Source of the DNA: a virus
IMG/VR virus record: IMGVR_UViG_3300028883_000048
Coordinates: 2,584 to 66,583 of that record
Length of the DNA: 64,000 nucleotides
Reading direction: 5' to 3' (one strand)
This document shows positions 48,865-57,825 of the stretch, piece after piece. Each line of letters begins with the position of its first letter. Position 1 is the stretch's first letter. The position numbers were made by a program, and so were the translations under genes. The notes below the pieces were generated by a model. It saw only the letters and a list, made by a program, of their open reading frames with translations, did no database searches and was not told the DNA's origin.

Positions 48865-50589
48865 ATGGGCAATTATAAAGTTGGTGTTAATGTTATAGAG
48901 GGGAAATCCATTTCTCCTATAGCTGGTATGGCAACAAACGTATCTGCCATTATCGGCAACTTTGAGAAAGGTGCTGTCAATACCCCGACTCTGGTGGGTT
49001 CGATGGCTGATTTTATATCAAAGTTTGGCGACAAACCTGCGACGGGTACAACTGGCTGGTTATCCGTTAAGGGTTTTTACGAATCAATGGGGAATGGCTT
49101 TGCTCCCTTATATATTGTTCGTATAGCCTCTGATTCTGCCACTGCATCATCAAAGATGCTCGTTGATCAGAATGGTACCCCGGCTAATACCTTAAAGGTT
49201 GAGGCCAGCTCCCCGGGAACTTGGGGAGACAATTTACAGATTGCTGTAAATCAAGACAATTATCTAACAACCTCTCCGGCTGTCAACATCGATGCTTCGG
49301 CTGAATCTGCTACCCTAAAATCGGTTTCCAATTTACAGATCGGCTCGTATATCCAGTTCGACAATGGCTCACAGCAAGAGATTGTTCAACTCACAGGTGT
49401 CAATTCGGCTACTAAGGAAATCGCTTGGTCAGGCGGGCTGACCTATGCTTACACAACCGCAAACGGAACTATCACCTCACTTGAGTTTGAAATCGTTGTT
49501 TATAAGAACGGTTTTGAGGTCGAGAGATGGCCGAACCTGTCAATAGTTGATACTGTTGATCATTATTGCGAAACCATCATCAATGGTAATTCTAATTATA
49601 TCACTGTTACCGATCAGAAGGTCAGCGATGTTGACGAGAACGATATCCCTGCAACCTTGATAAAGACCTCGCTGACTGGCGGGGATGATGGCCTTGATGA
49701 TGTTGAGGGCTCAGACTATGAGGGAGTTCAGGCCAGTAAGACAGGCATCTATGCTCTCGATGGTATTCCAAACCTGACAAGATTCTGCATCCCCAACCCT
49801 GAGCTGACAGATGTTGATGCTGACGCGGCTTATCAGTCATTAGTACAAGCCGGAATTGATTATGCTGAGAGTCGTAGTACGGTGATGTTTTATTTCGATG
49901 TCCCGGCTGGCAAGACCCCGACTGAGGCCGTAACTTTCAGAAACAATTTTGAATCTAAAAATGCCGCGCTGTTTTATCCCTGGCTGACTGTCAATGCCTT
50001 TAACGCTGAGACCGATGTACCTCCCAGCTCGTTTGCCTTAGGTGCCGCGGTTAAGAAAGATTACGTCAGGGGAATTCACAAAAACATCGGCAACACCAAG
50101 CTCGCTTGGGCGATTGGTCTGGAATATGATCTGTCGGTTGCTGAGGCCGAAACAACCAATGATGCTAACATCTGTAATATTAGAGCCTTCGCAGGTTCTG
50201 GTATTAGGGTTTATGGTGGACGTACCCTGTCAAACGAGACAGCTTGGCGCTTTATTCACTATAAAGAGATTTGGAATTATATCGCTTCGTCGATCATGGC
50301 CTCAACACAGCCGTTTGTTTTTGAAACCAATGACTTGGGAACATGGCAAGCGGTTAAGCGGGTGTTGACTGTATTTTTGACCAATGAGACCCGAAAGGGT
50401 GTATTGGCCGACCCATCTAACCCGGGCAATCTGCCCTTTACGGTTGTTTGCGACGAGACTGTTAATCCCTCTGGTGATGTTGCGCTTGGAATTATGCACG
50501 CGGTTGTTGAATATGTTCCGGTCTCGACTGCCGAAAAGTTTGTCGTCACATTGACGAGTTCACCGCTTGGCTTAGCTGTATCGGCTTAA
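48865..50589 (+). CDS. tail sheath protein
   Basis: GV...E, G...G..N.P, A...G.WG, L.GG.DG, ALFYPW, PPS, G.R..G.RTL, VFE.N, P...AE. Confidence 0.93.
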   Translation: MGNYKVGVNVIEGKSISPIAGMATNVSAIIGNFEKGAVNTPTLVGSMADFISKFGDKPATGTTGWLSVKGFYESMGNGFAPLYIVRIASDSATASSKMLVDQNGTPANTLKVEASSPGTWGDNLQIAVNQDNYLTTSPAVNIDASAESATLKSVSNLQIGSYIQFDNGSQQEIVQLTGVNSATKEIAWSGGLTYAYTTANGTITSLEFEIVVYKNGFEVERWPNLSIVDTVDHYCETIINGNSNYITVTDQKVSDVDENDIPATLIKTSLTGGDDGLDDVEGSDYEGVQASKTGIYALDGIPNLTRFCIPNPELTDVDADAAYQSLVQAGIDYAESRSTVMFYFDVPAGKTPTEAVTFRNNFESKNAALFYPWLTVNAFNAETDVPPSSFALGAAVKKDYVRGIHKNIGNTKLAWAIGLEYDLSVAEAETTNDANICNIRAFAGSGIRVYGGRTLSNETAWRFIHYKEIWNYIASSIMASTQPFVFETNDLGTWQAVKRVLTVFLTNETRKGVLADPSNPGNLPFTVVCDETVNPSGDVALGIMHAVVEYVPVSTAEKFVVTLTSSPLGLAVSA

Positions 50590-50603
50590 AGGAGATATAT
50601 ATT

Positions 50604-51062
50604 ATGAGTCAAAACGTATTTGGAAGATCGACGCCGGGGGCTGAGAAATATCTCAATAACAGATATGCTTTATTTGTTGATGATATCCAGCTCGGCGATT
50701 ACGATAAAGTTGATATCCCTGAAATGGTCTGGAACGATATTGAATACCGTGACAGTACCGGAGACTCCACCAAGACCTCAACCACCACAACCAAACAGAT
50801 GGTTGAAATCGCATTTCATAAAGATATGCGTGTTGGTAATCAAGAGGATATGGACGAGCTTCACGATTGGTTTGAAGCCGGGAGCGCCGATAAGCGATCG
50901 GGTTCGATTGTTGTTTACGACAAACAAAACAACGAGATCAGACGCTGGAATTTCTCTGATGCGTACCTGATTAAGTTTAAACCGCCTGACCTCGAGGCCG
51001 GAGATGGTGAAGGGCTCAATCACGTATTTACGATGAAGGTCTCGGAGATCAAGAGGGCTTAA
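50604..51062 (+). CDS. tail tube protein (T4 gp19-like)
   Basis: IEYR, W.....R.GSI...D.......RWNF..A. Confidence 0.85.
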   Translation: MSQNVFGRSTPGAEKYLNNRYALFVDDIQLGDYDKVDIPEMVWNDIEYRDSTGDSTKTSTTTTKQMVEIAFHKDMRVGNQEDMDELHDWFEAGSADKRSGSIVVYDKQNNEIRRWNFSDAYLIKFKPPDLEAGDGEGLNHVFTMKVSEIKRA

Positions 51063-51063
51063 T

Positions 51064-51621
51064 ATGTCGATATTCTCTTTACCAGAGGATATATTAGGTA
51101 AGATCAATCCCGTCGATCTGCCACCTATAACAAATTTTAATTTTGTGGTGCAGGTCGATGGGATGCTTCCGGGTCAATCGATTGTGGCGGGCTTTAAGTC
51201 GATTAGCGGATTAACCCAAAAGATCAGACAAACACAGATTCGATCGATGGGTTATAGTTATCCTATTAAGATCAATAATGGGATTGAATCTTCTCCTGTC
51301 ACATTAACCAGAGGCCTTACTCTCAGCAGGTTTTTAAGCGATTGGTGGAACGATACAAAGAGCTGGCAGAGAGGACAGCCGGATTATCATCGTAACGTAA
51401 CCATCATTAGCTTAGCGAATTTTAAACCAGATATAAAATTTCAAGCGTGGACTTGGCAACTCATCAAGGCCTATCCGGTCTCTTGGGATGCCCCCGAGCT
51501 TGATGTTGATAATGAACAGATTGCCATCGAATCACTGACACTGGACTGCATGAATATTAAAACAGTTGAGTCGGTCTTTGATGGTCTGACAGGTGAAATA
51601 CAAAGTCTTTTAAATGTATAG
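51064..51621 (+). CDS. second tube-like protein (T4 gp19/gp54-like)
   Basis: F.F.V, F..ISGL, VTL.RG, W, A.PV.W...LD......IE.L.L. Confidence 0.85.
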   Translation: MSIFSLPEDILGKINPVDLPPITNFNFVVQVDGMLPGQSIVAGFKSISGLTQKIRQTQIRSMGYSYPIKINNGIESSPVTLTRGLTLSRFLSDWWNDTKSWQRGQPDYHRNVTIISLANFKPDIKFQAWTWQLIKAYPVSWDAPELDVDNEQIAIESLTLDCMNIKTVESVFDGLTGEIQSLLNV

Positions 51622-51632
51622 CGAGGTAAAGT

Positions 51633-52052
51633 ATGGATGATCTAATTCACGTTTTTAAGGAATTTACGCTTCCCGTCGGCATAATACGGGCGGGTAAGAT
51701 GATCAAGAAAGGCCGAATCCGTTTGATCACAAACCGGGACATCTTAGAGATGAACCAAGAGATTAATGATGACCCGGAGATCAAGGCCATCGCCGATGAG
51801 GATATCATTTTACAGGATGGTAAAATCTCTTTCGGTAAAGCGCTTATGAGCCTAAAGCTCAACGTGATGATGGCGACCATAACTCTGCCAAAACTGGTAG
51901 AGCTTGACGATGAACCGCTTACCAAAGATGACATCCTAAACATGAGCTCGGTTGATACACAATTTCTTATGGATTTAAAAGAAAAAATGGATGAGGAATC
52001 GGGAGAGAAAAAGAGTGAGAGTGATCGCCCTTTTCAGTCAGAGAGCTCTTAG
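51633..52052 (+). CDS. tail assembly chaperone (G)
   Basis: F.LP.G, M...D..FL; upstream of tape measure. Confidence 0.75.
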   Translation: MDDLIHVFKEFTLPVGIIRAGKMIKKGRIRLITNRDILEMNQEINDDPEIKAIADEDIILQDGKISFGKALMSLKLNVMMATITLPKLVELDDEPLTKDDILNMSSVDTQFLMDLKEKMDEESGEKKSESDRPFQSESS

Positions 52053-52213
52053 ATAATTACCCTTATCCCCCGGCGGTATTATTTAAGGAGATGTATATCT
52101 TAATACAGATCGGCTTAACAAGAAACGAATCTTTAAGCATTACCCATGCTGAAACTTTGGTCTGGCTAAAGATTCACCATGAGGCTAACAAACCAGCAGA
52201 CGAGGTTTCCTGA
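52028..52213 (+). other. -1 programmed frameshift site C-CCT-TTT and G-T extension frame
   Basis: heptamer CCCTTTT at 52028-52034; -1 frame open to TGA 52211-52213, which overlaps the TMP ATG. Confidence 0.75.
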
Positions 52214-54249
52214 TGTTATCACTTAGTAGTAATTATGGCTTGGGCATGGTTATCAAAGCCCATAACAGAGCCTCTCGGGTAATCAAACAGGTTCAAGGTG
52301 ATCTGACTGGCTTTAGAAAGGCCGCGTATCGTGATCTTAAGAGCGTTAGAAACAGGTTTGCCCGGTTTGGAAACGAGCTGACAAATCTAAGAGCTGGTGT
52401 CTTTAAGGGTATGCAGATAACTGGTTTTGGGGCATTAATGGCCGCGCCTTTAGTGTTAATGAATAAGGCCGCGATCGAATCCGAAGATCATCTATCTAAT
52501 GTCAGATCACTATTAGTCACCTCTCTGCCAACCGATCAGATCGACAAGTCGATGAAACAGATACAAAAGGCTATATTTCAGACTGGCAATAATATCAGAG
52601 TCCCTCTTAGGGAACTTGAACTCAGTATGTATGATCTGGTTTCGGCTGATCTGTCTGTCGAGGAAGCCATCGGCGCACTTAAACCGACTGCTATGCTGGC
52701 CGTTGCTGGCTTGGGTACGATGGATGATGCTGTCAGAACGAATGCTGTCCTGTTAAACACCTATGGTAAATCATGGGGTAATGTTATGACCCCGATGGAA
52801 AAGACAATCAAGATCAGTAACATATTGGCCGGAACGGTCGCTGGTTATAAAACAACCTTACCAGAATTATCTCAAGCCCTACAATATTCGGTTGGCTCAG
52901 CTAAGGCGCTTAATGTCCCATTGGCTGAATTAACTGCAACTATTGGCGCGGCTCAGACCAGTGGCCTACAAGGTACCTTAGCGGGTACGGCCTTTAATGC
53001 GTTTTTAAGATCAGCAACAAAATTAACATTATCGACCGGAGAGGAAGTTGATGGCGCAAAGCTCAGTGAAGAAGAATATAGGGATGCTCTGTTAGATGGT
53101 GCAGAGGCCAGAACAAAAACAGCTCTTAAAAATCTACAACTTGTTGACTCGACTGGTAAACTCCTTCCGATTTATGACATCTTGGGCAAGATTGAGAAAT
53201 CGTTTAACATCAACACCGAGGCCATCGCTGATGTTACAAAAGAGGGTCTTAAGGGCGAGGCCGCTTTGATCAAGATGGGGATATCGGCCAAACAAGCAGG
53301 TGAATTGCAGGCTGTCTTTGGTGATGAGGGCTCCCGGTTAATTGCAATCCTCTTAGGTCAGAGCGATGCCCTGAAAGAAAAAGTTAAATGGTTAGAACAG
53401 AGTAACAACCTCGAGAAGATGGTTAATGCCCGCCAAAGAAACATGGCGGCTCGACTGGCTATTACCAGAAATAAACTCAAGGCCTTAGTATTAACGGCAA
53501 CTGAGGGGTTATTAGGACAGGAACGAAACTGGCTCGAGAAGATCGGAGAGGGAATCGATAAGGTTACCATGTTTGTCGAAGGTCATCAAGGTCTTGTTGG
53601 ATGGATATTAAAAATTGGTGGCGGTCTGGCCGGGCTTACTATGGCAACTGGTCTTTTAAAGATCGCCTTTATGGGATTAAAGTTTGTATTTTGGGGAGCT
53701 TTCGGAAAGATCGGTATCGCTATTGGTCTGATCTCTATCGCCGTTCATCAGGTTATAAAACATTGGGATTCCATTAAAACCTGTGCTTCTATAGCCGCGC
53801 TCTATGTTCGTGAATATTGGACAAAGAGCACCGAGGCAATAAAGCGGGTATGGACTGATGTTGTCGGTTGGATAGTTGACAAGTTTAATTATCTTGCTAA
53901 TAAGGCTCAATGGCTGGCTGACAAAATTGCCTATCCATTTAAAATGATATCTGAATTCTTCGGTGGTCAGACAATACAACCTCTAACTGTTCCTCAGACA
54001 AATTTCTCGATGACTGCCCCCCCGTTGTTTGGCCGTACCCCCGAGCAATTATCAAATATGTATCGAGCCCATTACGGCCACTATAATAACCAACCGACCG
54101 AACAGGCTGTTGAGAAAAAAGTTACTCTTGATATAAACATCAATGGCAGTTCGAAGAATATAGGTGTCGGTATCTATGACACAGTAAGGCGGGCGGTAAA
54201 TGATATTATCAGAGAACAGAGAATCTTATCCCCAGCAGGTGAAATGTAA
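52213..54249 (+). CDS. tape measure protein (TP901-like core)
   Basis: G..G..AGT, FG.E, Ala/Gly-rich helices, hydrophobic segment, periodic Trp. Confidence 0.88.
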   Translation: MLSLSSNYGLGMVIKAHNRASRVIKQVQGDLTGFRKAAYRDLKSVRNRFARFGNELTNLRAGVFKGMQITGFGALMAAPLVLMNKAAIESEDHLSNVRSLLVTSLPTDQIDKSMKQIQKAIFQTGNNIRVPLRELELSMYDLVSADLSVEEAIGALKPTAMLAVAGLGTMDDAVRTNAVLLNTYGKSWGNVMTPMEKTIKISNILAGTVAGYKTTLPELSQALQYSVGSAKALNVPLAELTATIGAAQTSGLQGTLAGTAFNAFLRSATKLTLSTGEEVDGAKLSEEEYRDALLDGAEARTKTALKNLQLVDSTGKLLPIYDILGKIEKSFNINTEAIADVTKEGLKGEAALIKMGISAKQAGELQAVFGDEGSRLIAILLGQSDALKEKVKWLEQSNNLEKMVNARQRNMAARLAITRNKLKALVLTATEGLLGQERNWLEKIGEGIDKVTMFVEGHQGLVGWILKIGGGLAGLTMATGLLKIAFMGLKFVFWGAFGKIGIAIGLISIAVHQVIKHWDSIKTCASIAALYVREYWTKSTEAIKRVWTDVVGWIVDKFNYLANKAQWLADKIAYPFKMISEFFGGQTIQPLTVPQTNFSMTAPPLFGRTPEQLSNMYRAHYGHYNNQPTEQAVEKKVTLDININGSSKNIGVGIYDTVRRAVNDIIREQRILSPAGEM

Positions 54250-54788
54250 TGCTATATATACCGAGCCCAAGATTGTCATATCGAACAGATTTTTCAGAGG
54301 TTCCGGTTAAGACCGGACAGCTCTATAACCTCGATGATGACAAATCAATTTCATTTCAGTTTAACCCCTCTGAATTTTCATGGCAGGAAGAACATAACTG
54401 GTCAACCCAAAAATATACCGGCAATCCCGGTAAGCAATTGCAATACCTCGGTTGCACGGGCCGGGTGTTTACTCTCGAGTTGGAATTTCATGCTGACCCT
54501 TGGTTCCCACGAGTTCAGTTAAGCGGTGATGTTGACCCATCGATTACGCCTGACCCTGATCGAACCGCTGTCGATTTCGATAAGCTGGTTGACGAATTTA
54601 GATCATGGATAAAAGAGAGGCCGGATAAAAAACGGCCATCATATATAAGAATCATATTACCAAACAAAGAAGAATTTGACGGTATAGTCAGATCAGCCAC
54701 AAAACAAATTCTATCAGTATATGCTGATGGGGTTGTTCAGCATGGCAAACTTATATTCAACTTTGAAGAATGGAAGGAGATTAGCTAA
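54249..54788 (+). CDS. tube initiator / CIS tube-like protein
   Basis: FQFNP.E......W......G....LQY. Confidence 0.7.
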   Translation: MLYIPSPRLSYRTDFSEVPVKTGQLYNLDDDKSISFQFNPSEFSWQEEHNWSTQKYTGNPGKQLQYLGCTGRVFTLELEFHADPWFPRVQLSGDVDPSITPDPDRTAVDFDKLVDEFRSWIKERPDKKRPSYIRIILPNKEEFDGIVRSATKQILSVYADGVVQHGKLIFNFEEWKEIS

Positions 54789-55255
54789 TGAAAAAGGGTT
54801 TATGCCTTTTATTTCTATTGCTAATGATGGTTACCCCTACTATCTCGGCTCAGGCTCAATCCGATCAGGACACAACTAAGAGCTTGATGTTGATGGTTGG
54901 CGGTGAGGATATCGGCAATACCACCTTTAATGTCGCTATGGCGTTTGAGGTCTCTGGTGCTATTGAGATGATAGCACAGCTTGGAACTGACGATGAAGGT
55001 CAGGCCACAACTGGTCTCGGTCTCGGTTTTCGTCTTACTGATAATATTTGGGCGATGACAAGTTATAACCCTAAAGAAAACGAATCCGAAAAGGACTGGA
55101 ATTTCTCTACCGGAATTGTCGGTCTCGCTTATGAACTCCCTCAGTATAATATCGGGGTGTATGTCGGATATTTATGGGATTTCGGCGAGAAAGAAGCCGG
55201 CGAGCGTGATCATACTTGGCAGTATAAGTTTTATTACAAAATCCCAATCAAATAG
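54788..55255 (+). CDS. secreted outer-membrane beta-barrel-like protein
   Basis: signal peptide ending AQA; alternating strands; aromatic C-terminal strand YKFYYKIP. Confidence 0.55.
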   Translation: MKKGLCLLFLLLMMVTPTISAQAQSDQDTTKSLMLMVGGEDIGNTTFNVAMAFEVSGAIEMIAQLGTDDEGQATTGLGLGFRLTDNIWAMTSYNPKENESEKDWNFSTGIVGLAYELPQYNIGVYVGYLWDFGEKEAGERDHTWQYKFYYKIPIK

Positions 55256-55278
55256 CCCTGAGCAGATTGGTATCTGAT

Positions 55279-55455
55279 ATGTCAAACACTACTGAAAAGA
55301 GATTTGCGACCGTCGGCTATGGCGAACGGATTGACCAATTAGCTGGGCGATTACTCGGCGACCCGAACCGTTGGCGGGAAATCGCTCAGTTAAACCCCAA
55401 TCTTGACATTAAACAGCCGAAAGCCGGGCAGGTGATACAAGTGCCCAGTGAATAG
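55279..55455 (+). CDS. LysM/gpX-like baseplate protein
   Basis: GERID.LA...LGD...WREIA.LNP......G..I.VP. Confidence 0.8.
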   Translation: MSNTTEKRFATVGYGERIDQLAGRLLGDPNRWREIAQLNPNLDIKQPKAGQVIQVPSE

Positions 55456-55502
55456 GCGATCATCATCTTATTAACGCTTATTAACGCATTAGAGGCGATA
55501 TC

Positions 55503-56615
55503 ATGGAACGGGTAGCCCCCCAAAGATACTTGAAACTAAACAATCAACCGCTAAGCGACCTTGCTCCGGTTGCTAATTCCTCAATCAGCTCTATATCTGT
55601 TGAGGAAGCGATTGGACATACTGGTAAATGTGAGATTGTTTTTAATGATACTATCGACTTTGATCTGAAACCCAACCATACAAAATTCAAAACACAGTTG
55701 TCATTGTCTTTGGGGTACCCGTCTTATTTAAGGCAGGTCTTTTACGGCCTTGTCGTTAGTAGGGAATTAAATTGCGATCAGAGTGATAACGCCAAGATGG
55801 TATTAACCGCTTATGATCTCAGCCACCAGATGAAGATCAAACCCCCTGACCGGATATTTAAGGAGACAAATTTATATAATGTCATCAAGAAGATTGTCGA
55901 CCTCAATGGCCTTAAATTCTACACCGACGATGCTGAACCTCTCAGATCAATGAAGCTCGAGGATGGTAAGGATATAGCTCAGGTTAATATGACAGATTGG
56001 GAATTCTTATCAGAGCTGACAAAGATAGTCAATTATAGATTGTTCTGTCAAGCCGATACAGTTTATGCTGTGAGCGAAAAATATACTTGTGGTGATAGTC
56101 TGACCTTTATCTATTCGCCTAAAATTGATGAGATCGATATGACCAAAAAGTTCCCGATCTTATCGATCAATCCCCGGGCAGGTATGATCGATCAAAGACA
56201 GGTCGTCGAGGTCATAAGTTGGAGTGAGGTTAAAGAAAAAGAGTATGAGTATGGAAAGCAAAACCTTGACAACCTGTCGGATGGCTCTCAAGGTTATACT
56301 GATATAAAAATTCAAACCGATGCGGTCGAGACCCTTCGGGTAAGCGGAGTTGCGACAAACAGCGCTCAAGCCAAGAGGATGGCCGAGGCTGAATTAAGGC
56401 GACGGGCAACCGATCTTGTCAGTGGCGATGTAACTCTGATCGGCGACCCCTCTATAAGTATCGCGAATAAACATCATTTTAAGATCAATGCCTTTGGCCT
56501 CTCAGGTCAAGAGTTTGAAGGTGATTATACAGTTTGGGGAGTTCGTCACGTTTGGGATGGTGACGGATTTAGAACAGAGCTTGATCTTAAAAACAATAAG
56601 ATGAAGAAAATATAA
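55503..56615 (+). CDS. baseplate hub (gpD/gp27-like)
   Basis: LGY..F.G, Q...TDWEFL..L, GDP, G.Y.V..V.H....GF.T. Confidence 0.85.
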   Translation: MERVAPQRYLKLNNQPLSDLAPVANSSISSISVEEAIGHTGKCEIVFNDTIDFDLKPNHTKFKTQLSLSLGYPSYLRQVFYGLVVSRELNCDQSDNAKMVLTAYDLSHQMKIKPPDRIFKETNLYNVIKKIVDLNGLKFYTDDAEPLRSMKLEDGKDIAQVNMTDWEFLSELTKIVNYRLFCQADTVYAVSEKYTCGDSLTFIYSPKIDEIDMTKKFPILSINPRAGMIDQRQVVEVISWSEVKEKEYEYGKQNLDNLSDGSQGYTDIKIQTDAVETLRVSGVATNSAQAKRMAEAELRRRATDLVSGDVTLIGDPSISIANKHHFKINAFGLSGQEFEGDYTVWGVRHVWDGDGFRTELDLKNNKMKKI

Positions 56616-57211
56616 TGAGAAATATTTTAGATAAAACCAAAGGTGTTAAACACCATGCTCGCGTGAAGAACATTAACGACCCTGAGGATATGGGCAGAAT
56701 ACAGGTTGAGCTAATTGGCTTTGATGAACGGTTTAACAAAAGCCCTTGGTGTTTGGCCTGTGTTCCCATCGCTGGTGATGGCTATGGTTTTTGGGTACCG
56801 CCACAGATCGATGATGAGGTATGGGTTGAATTATCTGCTGATGGTCAATGGCTAATATCTGGTTATATGTGGACTGGTCGTCGCAATAAACCCTCAGCAG
56901 GAACCGCCACCTGTCGGGTGTTAGTTACCCCGGCTGGTCATCGATTAAAATTTGATGAGTCTGGTGATGTCGAGCTAAAACATCAAGGCGGTGGCCGGAT
57001 TACCCTTGCCAATAGCGGAACCATTCAGATATACCCGCCATCCGGTCAGGAGGTTCATATAAACGGAACCTCTAAAGGTGTGATCAGAACAGGTGATGTC
57101 TCTGTTCAACATACTCATCAGGCGACTTGCACAAAAGGCGGGGTAATAACTATTAATCCGCAAACAGTAACATTCGCTCAAGGTAGCGAGACAGTAATGG
57201 CAGGAGATTAA
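56615..57211 (+). CDS. baseplate spike (gpV/gp5 OB-fold)
   Basis: V....DP...GRI.V, W, G.G.W..P..DDEV.V; C-terminal HTH (His-x-His) metal motif. Confidence 0.85.
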   Translation: MRNILDKTKGVKHHARVKNINDPEDMGRIQVELIGFDERFNKSPWCLACVPIAGDGYGFWVPPQIDDEVWVELSADGQWLISGYMWTGRRNKPSAGTATCRVLVTPAGHRLKFDESGDVELKHQGGGRITLANSGTIQIYPPSGQEVHINGTSKGVIRTGDVSVQHTHQATCTKGGVITINPQTVTFAQGSETVMAGD

Positions 57212-57215
57212 TATT

Positions 57216-57455
57216 ATGGCTATGGATAAAAATAGATTAGCAATCGCTATGCAGACAAAAGTCGACGATGCTCTTGCGGTGTTAAACCTCGGCACCTTTA
57301 ACGCCTCGGACGCCAAGAGTGCTTTTTATACAGGTATCGCCGAGGCCGTAATCGAAGAATTTCAAAATTATGCTGAGATTAGAAATATAGCTGTTCAGGT
57401 TGATTCTGCAAGTGGTATTGGACAGACCGAGGAAGCCTCGGGAGTGTTGTTATAA
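57216..57455 (+). CDS. hypothetical baseplate-associated protein
   Basis: 79 aa between spike and gp25. Confidence 0.5.
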   Translation: MAMDKNRLAIAMQTKVDDALAVLNLGTFNASDAKSAFYTGIAEAVIEEFQNYAEIRNIAVQVDSASGIGQTEEASGVLL

Positions 57456-57823
57456 TGCTAAATATACGGGGCTTTAAATATCCCTTTAGAATAGAGAATG
57501 GCCGGGTGGCTGTTACCGAGGGTCTTGATAAGCTTAAGGAAAATATCATTCAGATCATCAAGACCAGACCGGGCGAGATATTACTTAAACCCGATTGGGG
57601 TTGTAAGATTAACAACCGGGTATTCGACCCTGTTAATGTCTCGTCATTGGCAACAAGTGATATTAAAACTGCAATCGAAAAATATGAGCCTCGGGTAACC
57701 ATCAAGAACATAGAGGTTGGATATGATCAGGCCTCTCAAGGCATATTAACCCTCTCGATCTTGTTTACACCTAAAGGTCAGGATAATAATACAGCCGAAG
57801 TGCTGGTTACGATGGGGAGTTAA
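57455..57823 (+). CDS. gp25/gpW baseplate wedge protein
   Basis: G..YPF, I..II.T.PGE....P.WG, I..YEPR. Confidence 0.9.
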   Translation: MLNIRGFKYPFRIENGRVAVTEGLDKLKENIIQIIKTRPGEILLKPDWGCKINNRVFDPVNVSSLATSDIKTAIEKYEPRVTIKNIEVGYDQASQGILTLSILFTPKGQDNNTAEVLVTMGS

Positions 57824-57825
57824 AT

